From Syntrophales bacterium (GTDB taxonomy: Bacteria > Desulfobacterota > Syntrophia > Syntrophales > UBA2210), in the NCBI GenBank assembly GCA_963666365.2, contig CAXXNF010000002.1, forward strand, positions 576,001 through 640,000: DNA of 64,000 bases. Direction: 5' to 3'. The position numbers were made by a program, and so were the translations under genes. This document shows positions 48,411-59,657 of this stretch, piece by piece; within the stretch, counting starts at the first letter, position 1, and each line of letters begins with the position of its first letter. The notes beneath the pieces are model-generated. The model ran no database searches and was not told the origin of the DNA. It saw only the letters and a program-made list of their open reading frames with translations.

Positions 48411-51400
48411 TCAATGAAAACAGGTTGTTCCGTTGCCAAGAAGTGAGTCGACGTCTTCTTTTGTTGCTTCTGAAATATTAATTTTATAATTGTCGCCGAT
48501 ATAGATTACTGTATCGGATGTGTCGCCTGATATTAAATGTATATAGCCAGGATAATTACCTTTATGGCGTTTTACGAGATTTTTAAATGACGAAAGATCG
48601 ATATCTGTGCCGTTTGTTACGTCAATCATGAAGTGTACAGAAGTAAAAGGCGTGTTAAGTGCTTCTTCAATCGGCACAATCTGCTCTGCAATAATTTTGG
48701 CCCCTTCTTCGCCTGCATCAAGAGTTCCTTTAATAAAAAGCGGTTCGTCACCTCTTAAATGATCGTACATGGTTCTGTAGAGTTCGGGAAATATAATCAC
48801 CGTAAAGAGCCCTTTCATGTCATCGAAGGTAACATAGGCCATAGTCTCTTTTTTACGAGTGGATACTTCCCGAATGTTGCTTATGACGCCGCACAGAGAA
48901 ACCTGAGCGCCGTCATTTTTTTCGGCCAGTGTTTCCGACGTTGCCGTTGCAAGAATATTCAGGGAATCAGAGTACTTCAGCAGGGGGTGTCCGGAAACAT
49001 AAAAACCGAGCATTTCCTTTTCATAGAGAAGCATTTCGTCACGATCCCATTCAGGGATATCGGGAAGTTTTGGCTCCATTTCATTGACTACTTCGGGTGT
49101 GTCAAAAAGACTGGTCTGACCGCTCAACCTGTCCCTCTGGCGTTTCTGGGCAAGATCAACAATATATTCGTACCCTGCCATCAGTCGATTTCGATTCGAC
49201 TCAATGGAATCAAAGGCGCCGCATTTGATAAGACTTTCAAGCACTTTCTTGTTTACCTTCCTGAAATCAAGCCTGCTGCATACTTCAAAGAAAGAGGTAA
49301 ATTTTTCTTTCCTCGATTCAATGATCGAGTCGACGGCACCTTCACCTACATTTTTTACTGCAGCAAGCCCAAAGCGTATGTTTCCGTCCCGGGTAACACT
49401 GAAGTCTTTGAACGATTCGTTGATGTCGGGAGGCAGCACACTTATGCCCATGTCTCGGCATTCGCTGATATATTTAATAATATTATCTCTGTTATTCTTT
49501 TCACTTGTGAGTAGCGATGCCATGAATTCAACGGGATAATGGGCTTTGAGATAGGCGGTCTGAAAGGAGATCATTGCGTAGGCGGTGCTGTGGGACTTGT
49601 TGAATCCGTACTCGGCAAAGGTAGCCATCTGTTCCCAGATTGTTTTAGATTTGGCTTCAGGTATTTTGTTTTTCTTTGAGCCTTCAAGAAACTTAGGCTT
49701 CTCTCTTTCCATGTCGGATACTTTCTTCTTGCTCATGACACGGCGAAGATTGTCGGCCTCGGCCATACTGTAATTGCCTATCACACTGGCAATTTGCATC
49801 ACCTGTTCTTGATAGAGGATTACCCCGTAGGTTTCTTTCAGAATGCTTTCAAGTTCCTTTGTTTCATAGGCAATTTCCTGTTTTCCCTGTTTTCGTGCGA
49901 TAAAATCCGGCACCATGCCCATGGGACCTGGTCGATACAGTGCAATAAGTGCGATGAGATCCTCGATACAATCGGGCTTCATGTTGACAAGAATGTCCTT
50001 CATGCCGGAACTTTCAAGCTGAAAGACCCCGTCGGTATGTCCCTTGATAAGAAGCTGATATGTTTCGGCATCGTCGAGAGGTATGTGATGAATATCTATT
50101 GCAATTCCCCTGCCCTCTTCAATAAAGCGGAGCGTGTTGTTGATGACCGTCAATGTTTTCAGTCCAAGAAAATCAAATTTTGTAAGCCCCACGGACTGAA
50201 GATCGTTCATCGAGTATTGCGTTACAACATCATCAGTTCTTGTTCCCTTAAAAAGAGGGACGCGCTCGACAAGAGGCACATCGGAGATCACCACGCCTGC
50301 CGCATGAGTCGAGGCATGGCGGTTAAGACCTTCGAGAGACTTTGACAGAGTAATAAGTTTATGTACGGTCGGATTTTTTTTGATTTCTTCGTCAAGCCTG
50401 GATTCGCGTTTTATCGCGTCCTCCAGTGTGATGTTAAGTGCATTGGGAATCATTTTGGCAATTCTGTCCACTTCGCCATAAGGAATATTCAGGGCTCTTC
50501 CCACATCTCTTACCACGCCCTTTGCCTGCATCTTTCCAAACGTGATGATTTGACTTACTTTATCTGCGCCATATTTGTCCGTTACATACTTGATAATTTC
50601 ATCACGCCCTTCGATGCAGAAATCAGTGTCGATATCGGGCATGCTCATTCTGTCCGGATTTAGAAAACGCTCGAAGAAAAGACCGTAGCGAATTGGATCG
50701 ATTGAGGTTATGCCGAGTGCGCAGGCGACGAGACTCCCGGCTGCCGAACCTCTTCCGGGCCCCACGGGAATGTTATTTCTCTTTGCATAATTGATAAAAT
50801 CCTGCACGATGAGAAAATATCCGGGGAACCCCATCGATTTGATGATTTCGAGTTCCGATTCGAGGCGCTCTTTGTATGTCTTGCTTACTTTTTCATCGTC
50901 ACCGCCGGGAATTGATGAAAGCATGTGTTCAAGTCCCTCTCGGGCAAGCTTTTTGAGGTACTCGTCGGCGGTTACCCCATTTTCAAGTTCAAAATGGGGT
51001 AAAAAGACTTGATTAAAGTCAAGGGAAAGATTACATCGCTCAGCAATATACAGCGTATTTTCTATCGCTTCCGGGCAATAGCTGAAGCTATGCATCATCT
51101 CTTCAGGGGATTTGAAATAAAATTCGTCACTTTGAAAACGCATTCTCGCAGAATCGTCGATGGTTTTGCCGGTCTGAATGCACAACAATATTTCATGAGC
51201 CTCCGCATCCTCGCGATTAAGGTAGTGGCAGTCATTGGTCGCCACAAGGGGAATGGAAAGCTTTTTTCCCAGATCTATAAGTTTTTCGTTAACCTCTTTT
51301 TGTTCGGAAAGCCCGTTTTCCATGATTTCGAGATAAAAATTATCGGCGCCGAACAGTTCTCTGTATTCCTCGGCAACCCGCTGGGCTTGCGTTGTATTTT

Positions 51401-51854
51401 GTGCGAGAAGGAGATTGGCTATTTCGCCGTTGAGACAGGCGCTCGAAGCGATAAGTCCTTTGCTGTGTTCGGCCAGCAATGCCTTATCAATGCGGGGCTT
51501 GTAGTAAAATCCCTCAAGATACCCCGCTGATGTCAGTTTCATGAGGTTTTTGTAGCCATCCGTATCTTTTGCAAGAACGAGAAGGTGACGAAAATTCTCC
51601 CCCGATTCACCTCCTTTTTCAAAACGGTCCCTGGGGGCAACGTAAAGCTCACAGCCAATAATAGGTTTTATACCGCTTTTATAGGCCTTTTGATAAAAGT
51701 CCACCGCCCCGAACATGTTGCCGTGATCGGTCATGGCGACTGCAGGCATCTGGTAATGAACGGCTTTTTTGAAGAGATCGTCAAGACGAATCGCGCCGTC
51801 AAGTAAACTATACTGTGTGTGAACGTGAAGATGAACGAAATTGCTGTGCTTCAT
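48411..51854 (-). CDS. dnaE: DNA polymerase III alpha subunit
   Basis: HLHVHTQYSLLDG PHP domain, GRGSAAGS, PDIDTD, YGFNKSH. Confidence 0.98.
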   Translation of the reverse strand: MKHSNFVHLHVHTQYSLLDGAIRLDDLFKKAVHYQMPAVAMTDHGNMFGAVDFYQKAYKSGIKPIIGCELYVAPRDRFEKGGESGENFRHLLVLAKDTDGYKNLMKLTSAGYLEGFYYKPRIDKALLAEHSKGLIASSACLNGEIANLLLAQNTTQAQRVAEEYRELFGADNFYLEIMENGLSEQKEVNEKLIDLGKKLSIPLVATNDCHYLNREDAEAHEILLCIQTGKTIDDSARMRFQSDEFYFKSPEEMMHSFSYCPEAIENTLYIAERCNLSLDFNQVFLPHFELENGVTADEYLKKLAREGLEHMLSSIPGGDDEKVSKTYKERLESELEIIKSMGFPGYFLIVQDFINYAKRNNIPVGPGRGSAAGSLVACALGITSIDPIRYGLFFERFLNPDRMSMPDIDTDFCIEGRDEIIKYVTDKYGADKVSQIITFGKMQAKGVVRDVGRALNIPYGEVDRIAKMIPNALNITLEDAIKRESRLDEEIKKNPTVHKLITLSKSLEGLNRHASTHAAGVVISDVPLVERVPLFKGTRTDDVVTQYSMNDLQSVGLTKFDFLGLKTLTVINNTLRFIEEGRGIAIDIHHIPLDDAETYQLLIKGHTDGVFQLESSGMKDILVNMKPDCIEDLIALIALYRPGPMGMVPDFIARKQGKQEIAYETKELESILKETYGVILYQEQVMQIASVIGNYSMAEADNLRRVMSKKKVSDMEREKPKFLEGSKKNKIPEAKSKTIWEQMATFAEYGFNKSHSTAYAMISFQTAYLKAHYPVEFMASLLTSEKNNRDNIIKYISECRDMGISVLPPDINESFKDFSVTRDGNIRFGLAAVKNVGEGAVDSIIESRKEKFTSFFEVCSRLDFRKVNKKVLESLIKCGAFDSIESNRNRLMAGYEYIVDLAQKRQRDRLSGQTSLFDTPEVVNEMEPKLPDIPEWDRDEMLLYEKEMLGFYVSGHPLLKYSDSLNILATATSETLAEKNDGAQVSLCGVISNIREVSTRKKETMAYVTFDDMKGLFTVIIFPELYRTMYDHLRGDEPLFIKGTLDAGEEGAKIIAEQIVPIEEALNTPFTSVHFMIDVTNGTDIDLSSFKNLVKRHKGNYPGYIHLISGDTSDTVIYIGDNYKINISEATKEDVDSLLGNGTTCFH

Positions 51855-51860
51855 AATGTA

Positions 51861-53327
51861 TTAATCGATCCAGTAATTGGGAGCTTCCTTTGTAATGATC
51901 ACGTCGTGAACGTGACTTTCGCGAAGACCTGCGCTGGTAATACGCACAAACTTCGTTTTTGTTCTCATTTCATCTATGCTTTTGCATCCTACGTATCCCA
52001 TGCCGGCGCGAAGTCCGCCCAGCATTTGATGGATGCTTGCCGATAACGTTCCTCTGAACGGGACCCGTCCCTCGATTCCCTCGGGAACGAGCTTCATCAT
52101 ACTGCTTTCAATCTCATCATCCTGATAATAGCGGTCCTTGCTGCCGGCTTTCATTGCTTCCAGAGAACCCATGCCGCGGTACACCTTGTAACTTCTTCCC
52201 TGATAAAGAATTGTCTCGCCGGGACTTTCTTCAGTTCCCGCAAAAAGACTTCCAATCATTACTGTATGAGCGCCGGCGCCCAGAGCCTTTACTACGTCGC
52301 CGGAATATTTAATGCCGCCGTCGGCGATGAGGGGGATGCCGAATTCTCGAGAAGCCTTGGCACAGTCCATCACTGCAGTCATCTGTGGCACGCCGACGCC
52401 TGCAATAATACGCGTGGTGCATATGGAACCGGGACCGACGCCTACCTTGATGGCATCCACACCGGCTTTGATCAACGCCACCGCCCCTTCATAAGTGGCG
52501 ACATTGCCCGCAATCAATTCACATTTGGGAAAGTTGGCCTTCGTATCCCTCACGGCCTCGAGAACTGTTTCGGTATGACCATGAGACGTATCAATACAAA
52601 TGACATCGGCACCCGCATCGAGGAGCGCCTGCACACGGGCCTCGCGATCGATAATGCCTACCGCAGCACCTACTCTCAGGCGTCCCAGCAAATCCTTGCA
52701 GGCAATGGGGTATTTCTTTATTTTTTCAATATCTTTTATCGTAATCAACCCTTTCAGATGAAATTTTTCATCAACAACGAGCAGCTTTTCAATCCGGTGC
52801 TTATGCAAAAGCTTTTTCGATTCTTCAAGGGTTATGTCAGCAGACACGGTCACCAGGGTGTCTTTTGTCATTACTGCCGACACTGGCTGTTCCACATCGG
52901 TTTCGAAACGAAGGTCCCTGTTTGTTAAAATTCCCACCAGCTTCTGGTTCTTCACCACAGGGACGCCGGAAATCCTGTATTTACTCATCAGGCGCAATGC
53001 ATCGTATACCTTTTGTTCCGGTTCTATGGTGATCGGATCGACAATCATTCCGCTTTCAGATTTTTTTACCCTGTCCACTTCAACTGCCTGCCGCTCAATG
53101 CTCATATTGCGGTGAATGATGCCGATGCCGCCTTCTTGAGCCATGCAAATGGCCACCTTGGATTCGGTTACCGTATCCATTGCCGCGCTGACGAGAGGAA
53201 TGCTCAGTTTGATATTGTTTGTGAGAATTGTCGAGGTCGTAACCTCCTTGGGCATGACATCGGAATGTGACGGTACAAGCAGCAAATCATCAAACGTAAG
53301 GCCTTCCAGAACTTTTTCACACAACAT
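51861..53327 (-). CDS. guaB: IMP dehydrogenase
   Basis: [37 protein letters not shown] pair. Confidence 0.98.
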   Translation of the reverse strand: MLCEKVLEGLTFDDLLLVPSHSDVMPKEVTTSTILTNNIKLSIPLVSAAMDTVTESKVAICMAQEGGIGIIHRNMSIERQAVEVDRVKKSESGMIVDPITIEPEQKVYDALRLMSKYRISGVPVVKNQKLVGILTNRDLRFETDVEQPVSAVMTKDTLVTVSADITLEESKKLLHKHRIEKLLVVDEKFHLKGLITIKDIEKIKKYPIACKDLLGRLRVGAAVGIIDREARVQALLDAGADVICIDTSHGHTETVLEAVRDTKANFPKCELIAGNVATYEGAVALIKAGVDAIKVGVGPGSICTTRIIAGVGVPQMTAVMDCAKASREFGIPLIADGGIKYSGDVVKALGAGAHTVMIGSLFAGTEESPGETILYQGRSYKVYRGMGSLEAMKAGSKDRYYQDDEIESSMMKLVPEGIEGRVPFRGTLSASIHQMLGGLRAGMGYVGCKSIDEMRTKTKFVRITSAGLRESHVHDVIITKEAPNYWID

Positions 53328-53352
53328 TACTTATAACCTCCATGGAACGCAT

Positions 53353-53844
53353 CTATCTGTCTTTAGTATTTTCTAAGGGATATTCGCAGCCATTTAAATT
53401 GATCGTATAACTATCTGAGATTTCGTCATAGTCGATGTGTTCAGCAATCTGATAGTACGCAGCTCTGGAAAAACGCGCATCGAACGTTCCCTTCTTTACA
53501 TTGCAATACAGCACATTGTCCTGCCCTATGTGCAGCGTCGAAATATCCAGTGTTTCTGTATTTCCATCCGTCAGCAGAATTTCAATGGTGTCGTCGTTAT
53601 CCTCTGTGGCGCCGGTACACTTATGGACTGTTTTTACTACATAGGGCGTATCTTCTACGGTGATGTAGTGCTTTTCACCGGACATGCGCACAAAATAGTT
53701 TCCCTCTTCATCTTTATCAAGAGATTCGAAAAAAAGGCTCAGGATATCTTTTCTGAACATCTCCGCCCCTCTGTAATACCATGTTCCTTCTCTATCTATT
53801 GTAATGGGGAAGCGTTTTGGATCTTTATCAACATCATTATTCAT
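53353..53844 (-). CDS. Conserved hypothetical protein (DUF1285-like)
   Basis: IDREGTWYY, ITVEDTP, ARFSRAAYYQ. Confidence 0.7.
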   Translation of the reverse strand: MNNDVDKDPKRFPITIDREGTWYYRGAEMFRKDILSLFFESLDKDEEGNYFVRMSGEKHYITVEDTPYVVKTVHKCTGATEDNDDTIEILLTDGNTETLDISTLHIGQDNVLYCNVKKGTFDARFSRAAYYQIAEHIDYDEISDSYTINLNGCEYPLENTKDR

Positions 53845-53861
53845 GGCGCCTATACCCTGTT

Positions 53862-54308
53862 CTACTTTCTTTTGGTATCAAGAATCATGGTGACCGGCCC
53901 ATGATTTATCGATTCGACTTTCATCATCGCCTGAAACCGTCCCGTTGAAACCCGGTGCACTTTTTTTCGGAGCAATTCCACAAAATACTCGTAAAGCACG
54001 GTTGCGCTCTCCGGTTCGCAGGCATCCACAAATGACGGTCTCCTCCCCCTGCTGCAATCAGCAAGGAGGGTAAATTGAGAAATTAGCAATATATCACCAG
54101 ATACGTCTAAAAGCGAGTGATTCATCTTTCCTGCTGAATCCTCAAATATGCGGAGGTGTATGACCTTGTCGGAAAAAACACGCGCGTCCGCTTCCGTATC
54201 CCCCTTGGCAACGCCAAGAAAAACAAGAAGTCCGGTGCCCGTTTCACCGACAACACTATCATCTACTGATACAGAAGCGCGATCAACACGTTGAACAACC
54301 GCTCTCAT
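53862..54308 (-). CDS. dtd: D-aminoacyl-tRNA deacylase
   Basis: MRAVVQRV, SQFTL, GRRPSF, NHGPVT. Confidence 0.96.
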   Translation of the reverse strand: MRAVVQRVDRASVSVDDSVVGETGTGLLVFLGVAKGDTEADARVFSDKVIHLRIFEDSAGKMNHSLLDVSGDILLISQFTLLADCSRGRRPSFVDACEPESATVLYEYFVELLRKKVHRVSTGRFQAMMKVESINHGPVTMILDTKRK

Positions 54309-54364
54309 CTTTCATGAAATCCTTAGGTGGAATGGGAGGCATGTTAACAGCACTGATTATTTTT

Positions 54365-56107
54365 TCAACCCTTTTCTGATAATGAGGGAGAATGAAGTCC
54401 GGAAATTAGTGTACGAATAGATCGCACTTCTGCGTGGTTTTTTTTGAGATGCTCGATGAGCGCACACAGTGCGTCATCGCAGAGCGCCTCAATATCGCGT
54501 TTAAAGAGTGCTAACATCGCGACAACCTTTTTGTCACGCTTGTTCCTGAAACCTGCGTAACATCGGTATCCCACCAAAAGGCTCACTATCATTAAACTAC
54601 CCAGAGCGGCAAGTCCTTTGGGACTGAAGATTGTGAAGAGTGCCGTGACAAGGAAATTCATTGTACCGGAGATACTCGGATTATGAAAAATGTAGTTCCA
54701 TGATTCCTTTCCGGCCATTGCGAATATGAAGAGCAATCCAACAATTGAATAAAGTCCGTATTGGGTGATTTTAAAAAGGCGAAAAGTCTGCGGCGGAACA
54801 AGATCAAGGGGTGACTGAAAGAGGTGTTCCACCTGGTGAATGAAGTCGCGGACGATTTGATCGGGATTAATCATATTCAGTATCTGGTCGGGAAGAGGAT
54901 AGGTGAAGCCCTTTTTGTAGAGTGCCGAAATGAACGTCTCTTTTCTGTGGGTGTACTGAGCGATCAACCTATCGACAATCGCCCGGGAGGCCTTTTCCAC
55001 TTGCTGCTGCCGTTTTTCTGAGCTGCCCGGGACAAGATTCCATCGGTATGCAGCGATGTGAGCGACCAGTCGCCCCGGACCGACAAGAGCTGATGATGCA
55101 TTCGATATTTTCTCCGTAAACAAGGGTCGTACCGTAGTATCAAGCCATTCATCCGCCGCCTGTGTTATGCTTTCGATCCACAGGGCTTTTTCACCTTCTA
55201 TCTCATCGACAGTATCACGTAATACCGATTCGAGCGCCGTGAATCGCTGCACTTCCTTTTCAAGAATTGCACGTATCTCTGACAATTGCCGGTCAACGTT
55301 TGATGTTTTAATTTCCTTTAATTCTTTGTAATTTCGCTGGTGAAAAATTTCCTGTCGCAGATGCGCCATCTGATTCCAGAAGGAAAGCTGTGTTTGCGTG
55401 AAGGCTTCGGTTGCCGATATGTGATAAAGAACAGGGGCGCCAACTCCGGCATCTCTCAAGTAGTGCTGCAGCGTTTCCATCACCGATGCAAGTTCCCGGT
55501 GCGCTTCGTCGGCAGGTCTGTTAGAAAAAAAAAGATCGCTCTTGTTGAGCACGAAATAAAAATTTTCCCGTGCCTTGGGTACCTGTTTCAATAGCTCGAA
55601 AAACTGACCATCGGCATATTTCTCCGGTGAGAGAACCCACACAAGTATGTCCAGGGTATCGAGGAAAAGAAGAACTGATTCACGATGTGCCTTCAGTATG
55701 CTGTCATAATCGGGCAGATCGCAGAGTACGATCTGTCTGATTGCATCGGCGCTGTGTGTATGTTCAATCCAGTGCACAGCCGATTCGTGCAAGGCTGCAG
55801 GCATGACGCCGTCGGAATGGCGGTATACGATCACTGCATCGGTATGGGGTCTTCGATGGCTTGTAGAGGATATCTCCTTTTGTGCGAGGGCGTTCATAAG
55901 GGTCGATTTGCCTACACCCGTTCCACCGATGATTCCCACTGTCAAGGCATTCTGATGTATATTTTCAATTTTACTTTCTATATCGTCAATATGAGCATGC
56001 ATCCCCTCTATCGCGTCTGACGATAGGGTAAGAAGCTCCCTTCCCTCCTGTAGAAATCGGCGGATTCCTCCAAGGTCATCCTGCAGGGGGATAGTATTGT
56101 GACTCAT
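54365..56107 (-). CDS. Dynamin-like GTPase with C-terminal TM segments
   Basis: GGTGVGKST, RPHT, DLPDYDS, NKSD; helical stalk; two hydrophobic helices. Confidence 0.75.
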   Translation of the reverse strand: MSHNTIPLQDDLGGIRRFLQEGRELLTLSSDAIEGMHAHIDDIESKIENIHQNALTVGIIGGTGVGKSTLMNALAQKEISSTSHRRPHTDAVIVYRHSDGVMPAALHESAVHWIEHTHSADAIRQIVLCDLPDYDSILKAHRESVLLFLDTLDILVWVLSPEKYADGQFFELLKQVPKARENFYFVLNKSDLFFSNRPADEAHRELASVMETLQHYLRDAGVGAPVLYHISATEAFTQTQLSFWNQMAHLRQEIFHQRNYKELKEIKTSNVDRQLSEIRAILEKEVQRFTALESVLRDTVDEIEGEKALWIESITQAADEWLDTTVRPLFTEKISNASSALVGPGRLVAHIAAYRWNLVPGSSEKRQQQVEKASRAIVDRLIAQYTHRKETFISALYKKGFTYPLPDQILNMINPDQIVRDFIHQVEHLFQSPLDLVPPQTFRLFKITQYGLYSIVGLLFIFAMAGKESWNYIFHNPSISGTMNFLVTALFTIFSPKGLAALGSLMIVSLLVGYRCYAGFRNKRDKKVVAMLALFKRDIEALCDDALCALIEHLKKNHAEVRSIRTLISGLHSPSLSEKG

Positions 56108-57843
56108 TGAAGCTCCTCCAGTCGCTTTTTTGCGGCGTTGAGTGATGCCATTGTTTCGTCGGAAACAGTTACTTCTTCGAAACAGGCAATATACCGATTT
56201 TTCTGATCTTCAATAATTGTCCAGAGACCACTTTCGTACCGGGCGTTGAGCTGACCGGTTATCTTTTTTAATTCTCCGTAGGCAAAGAGTTCAACGGATC
56301 CCTTGGTAAGGAAGGGAGCAAAAACAGAATCAAAGGCAGCCTCGATAAGAGAAATCCCACCCCCCAGGACGGCTTCGAAAGAAATAATGGTGATTCCCCA
56401 TAAGATGGAAGCTGAATAAATACCTATTTTTTTATGCGGGGAAATTCCGGCAGCCAATTCACGAAAGGTGTCGGCCAGCCAGTGGGCAAGCAACTCCTGT
56501 TCCTGAGCAATTCGTGCACTGATTTCTTCTTCGTTACACATCACTCGGGGTTTCCGAAGCGCTTCAAAAAGGGGCGCATCGGCATCGCGGGGAGACAGCA
56601 GCTCGAAGATCTGACGATTCAAGCTCCCCACTGCTGCAAGCACGGGTTCGTTATCTATTCTGGACCGCCTGCGGAGAAGATCTTCGTCGTTCGCTTCTTC
56701 AGATAGGTTCCCTTTTTTCAATCCCAAAAGCCGCAGAGGGAACGATACTATTTCAGTAATATAGCGCCTGGGCTTAGCCAGAACATCGTATTTGTCAAAT
56801 ATAATACGCAATTCCTGTTTTATTGCAGATTTGTGCCTTCGCTCAAAGCGCAACCTCATTTCCTCAATGAGGTTGCGCCACACAACGTCAACGATTTGAT
56901 CCAGCTCCCTAATCCAATCTCTGCGGGCCCTTTGTTCCTCTTCAAGCAGCAACAGCAGGCGATTAAGTGCTTCCCTTATCTCATCAAGACTTCTCCGACG
57001 CTCCTTTTCCCTGATTTCGGGTAGATGCACCGGTGCGAGGATGGTAAAAAATGTATCAACGAATTGTCGAAACTCTGAATGACCGGCGATAGCCCCGTTC
57101 GCTGATGGCAGGAAAGGAATCATCCAGAGTCGATCCTCTTGAAGGGTAAAATTGCGAAAGCGATAAAAATCAACAATTTCCTTCTTGGTCTGGTGTGCGT
57201 CTGCCTTGTTGAAAAGGATGAAATAGCACTTATTCTCCTTTTGAAGGCGAGACAAGAATCTTGACGGAATATCATCGGCGTATTTTTCCTGGCTTGTGAC
57301 GAACAGGACGACATCGGACAAAAGATACACCGTTTCTGCGATAGAGCGGTTTTTGCCGTCTAGTGAATCCACATCGGGTGCATCAATGATGTTGATGTGG
57401 GCGAGATCGTCTCTTTCGTGTACAACAAATGAAAGGGCATTCTCTTCCCCCTTGGTGGAGGCATCGGGCGTATCGATTCGCATTACCCTGATGCCGTCGA
57501 AGAGAACATCCGATTCTGGAATGTCGCGCGCGTGCACATAGGCCACCGGGCCTTCCGTTTTTGGCCGTTCAACGCCGGTTGCGCTTATTTTTTTTTGACA
57601 GAGATTATTGAAGAGGGTCGATTTTCCGGTCCCCGTTCCTCCGATAAATGATACCCACAGGACGTCCTGTGTTTCCTTGTAATGGCAAAGGGCGAGCTTT
57701 TTTCGAAGCGCTTCTGCACGCGCTTCGATCTCGCGATGCGCGCCGGTGAGGCCTGAACTGCGAATTAAGGTCCATGGTATGTCCGGAAATAGTTCCGCGT
57801 TTTTTCTGGGGGGCGGCACTCCCTGTGGATGAGATACAATCAT
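56104..57843 (-). CDS. Dynamin-like GTPase, partner
   Basis: GGTGTGKST, RPKT, DAPDVDS, NKAD; hydrophobic segment near the C-terminus; ATGA overlap with next gene. Confidence 0.75.
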   Translation of the reverse strand: MIVSHPQGVPPPRKNAELFPDIPWTLIRSSGLTGAHREIEARAEALRKKLALCHYKETQDVLWVSFIGGTGTGKSTLFNNLCQKKISATGVERPKTEGPVAYVHARDIPESDVLFDGIRVMRIDTPDASTKGEENALSFVVHERDDLAHINIIDAPDVDSLDGKNRSIAETVYLLSDVVLFVTSQEKYADDIPSRFLSRLQKENKCYFILFNKADAHQTKKEIVDFYRFRNFTLQEDRLWMIPFLPSANGAIAGHSEFRQFVDTFFTILAPVHLPEIREKERRRSLDEIREALNRLLLLLEEEQRARRDWIRELDQIVDVVWRNLIEEMRLRFERRHKSAIKQELRIIFDKYDVLAKPRRYITEIVSFPLRLLGLKKGNLSEEANDEDLLRRRSRIDNEPVLAAVGSLNRQIFELLSPRDADAPLFEALRKPRVMCNEEEISARIAQEQELLAHWLADTFRELAAGISPHKKIGIYSASILWGITIISFEAVLGGGISLIEAAFDSVFAPFLTKGSVELFAYGELKKITGQLNARYESGLWTIIEDQKNRYIACFEEVTVSDETMASLNAAKKRLEELQ

Positions 57844-57988
57844 AATAGAAACCTGTGCCGATTCATCTTAATCCTTTGGTTTTTAGTCATTTGCGCTTTG
57901 TGTGTATCTATCAGATGGAGTATAAAACATCAACGGGTAATGAGAGTAGCTTGATTTAAAACACGTTTATATTTATAACACACATCCC

Positions 57989-59356
57989 ATGAAGCACAGT
58001 ACCGACATTCTTCTTGTTAATCCCTGGATTCACGATTTTGCGGCCTATGATTACTGGGCGAAGCCACTTGGTCTGCTGTCGATTGCTTCCTTGCTGCAAA
58101 GGCAGGGAGTGCAGGTACACCTTATCGATTGTCTCAATTCCGTTCATCCGGATCTTGTGCATGAATCGCATGCCAGTATGCCGAAAAGGACACTCTGGGG
58201 AAGCGGCAACTATCGCAAAGAGGAAATTGAAAAACCGGAGATTTTGCGCCATGTCGCACGGAAATACAGCAGGTACGGAATTTCTCCCTCTATATTCGAA
58301 AGGGAACTTCGTGCGGTACCCCGTCCCGACGCTGTCTTTGTGACTTCCATGATGACCTATTGGTATCCGGGCGTATGCGAAACGATCGATCATATCCGGC
58401 GTGTGTTTACCGGAATGCCTATCGTTCTCGGTGGAAACTACGCCACCTTGTGTTACGAACATGCAACAGTTCATTCCGGTGCCGATATTGTGTTTGCAGG
58501 CGAAGCGGAGTGTCGTCTTTCAGACCTTTTGCATGAAATATTGGGGCAGAGATTTGATGGTGGGAGCGATATTGAGCAGGCTGAATCATTCCCCTACCCC
58601 GCCTACGATCTACTTTCTTCTCCGGAACAAGTGGCGATCATGACATCGCGGGGATGTCCCTTTAATTGTAATTACTGCGCTTCATCCTATCTAAATCCTA
58701 CATTCTGTGAACGCGACCCTATCGCCGTAGTTGATGAAATAGAATATTGGCGCCGTACATACGGGATTCGCAATTTCTCTTTTTACGACGATGCCCTTCT
58801 TGTCAATCCTGAAAAGCGTATTATTCCAATACTCGAGGACATTCTCCGCCGGGAACTCGATTGCAAGTTTCACTGCCCAAATGGCCTGCATATACGCGAA
58901 ATTAAAGAAGACATTGCCTTTCTGATGTGTCGGACGGGTTTTCAAACGGTGCGTTTCGGCTTTGAAACCTCCGACAGGGCACGGCAAGTTCGCTCGGGAG
59001 GAAAAATAAGCAATGAGGAGACGAAACAAGCGATAGGGCATTTAAAAAAGGCTGGATATGCAGCATCTGACATCGGGATGTACATTCTATGCGGTCTTCC
59101 CGGCCAGGAGGCATGTGAAGTGGAAGAAAGCATCAGGTTTATACAATCCTGCGGCGCCCGTCCGATTATCGCAGAGTATTCGCCAATCCCCCATACCGAT
59201 CTTTGGGGCGATGCCATCGAATCATCACCCTATGATATCGAGAATGAGCCGCTTTTTCATAATAATACCCTTCTTCCCTGTGGCGGCAAGACGATGTGTT
59301 ACCACGAGTATCAGCGCCTTAAAAATATGGCTCGAGGAGGAGCCATTCTCCCTTGA
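57989..59356 (+). CDS. Radical SAM protein with N-terminal cobalamin-binding-like domain
   Basis: PLGLL, LGGNYAT, SRGCPFNCNYC, YDDA, GFET. Confidence 0.85.
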   Translation: MKHSTDILLVNPWIHDFAAYDYWAKPLGLLSIASLLQRQGVQVHLIDCLNSVHPDLVHESHASMPKRTLWGSGNYRKEEIEKPEILRHVARKYSRYGISPSIFERELRAVPRPDAVFVTSMMTYWYPGVCETIDHIRRVFTGMPIVLGGNYATLCYEHATVHSGADIVFAGEAECRLSDLLHEILGQRFDGGSDIEQAESFPYPAYDLLSSPEQVAIMTSRGCPFNCNYCASSYLNPTFCERDPIAVVDEIEYWRRTYGIRNFSFYDDALLVNPEKRIIPILEDILRRELDCKFHCPNGLHIREIKEDIAFLMCRTGFQTVRFGFETSDRARQVRSGGKISNEETKQAIGHLKKAGYAASDIGMYILCGLPGQEACEVEESIRFIQSCGARPIIAEYSPIPHTDLWGDAIESSPYDIENEPLFHNNTLLPCGGKTMCYHEYQRLKNMARGGAILP

Positions 59357-59402
59357 TTAAGCGGTATAGAGTGATTAGATTGTTAAGTGTGAAAGGTGAA
59401 AT

Positions 59403-59657
59403 ATGAAGCTATTTTTTTGGTGGGTCGCACAGATCGCAATTGGGTCTCTGTCAGTGTTTTTTCTTCTCGTCGGTATCAACGTGCTTGTCGGATCCTATGG
59501 TCTTGAGAACCCCCTTGAATTTATAATGTATTTTTTTTCTTCGAGCATGTTGATTCTTGTCAGTGCCACCTTTCTTATCTTCCCCGTGGTGCGAATATAT
59601 GGCCGATTCGTAAAAAAAAGACCAACAGTGGGTTCCATCAGTGAGGACGGTGAATGA
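59403..59657 (+). CDS. Small membrane protein
   Basis: Two TM helices; ATGA overlap with next gene. Confidence 0.65.
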   Translation: MKLFFWWVAQIAIGSLSVFFLLVGINVLVGSYGLENPLEFIMYFFSSSMLILVSATFLIFPVVRIYGRFVKKRPTVGSISEDGE

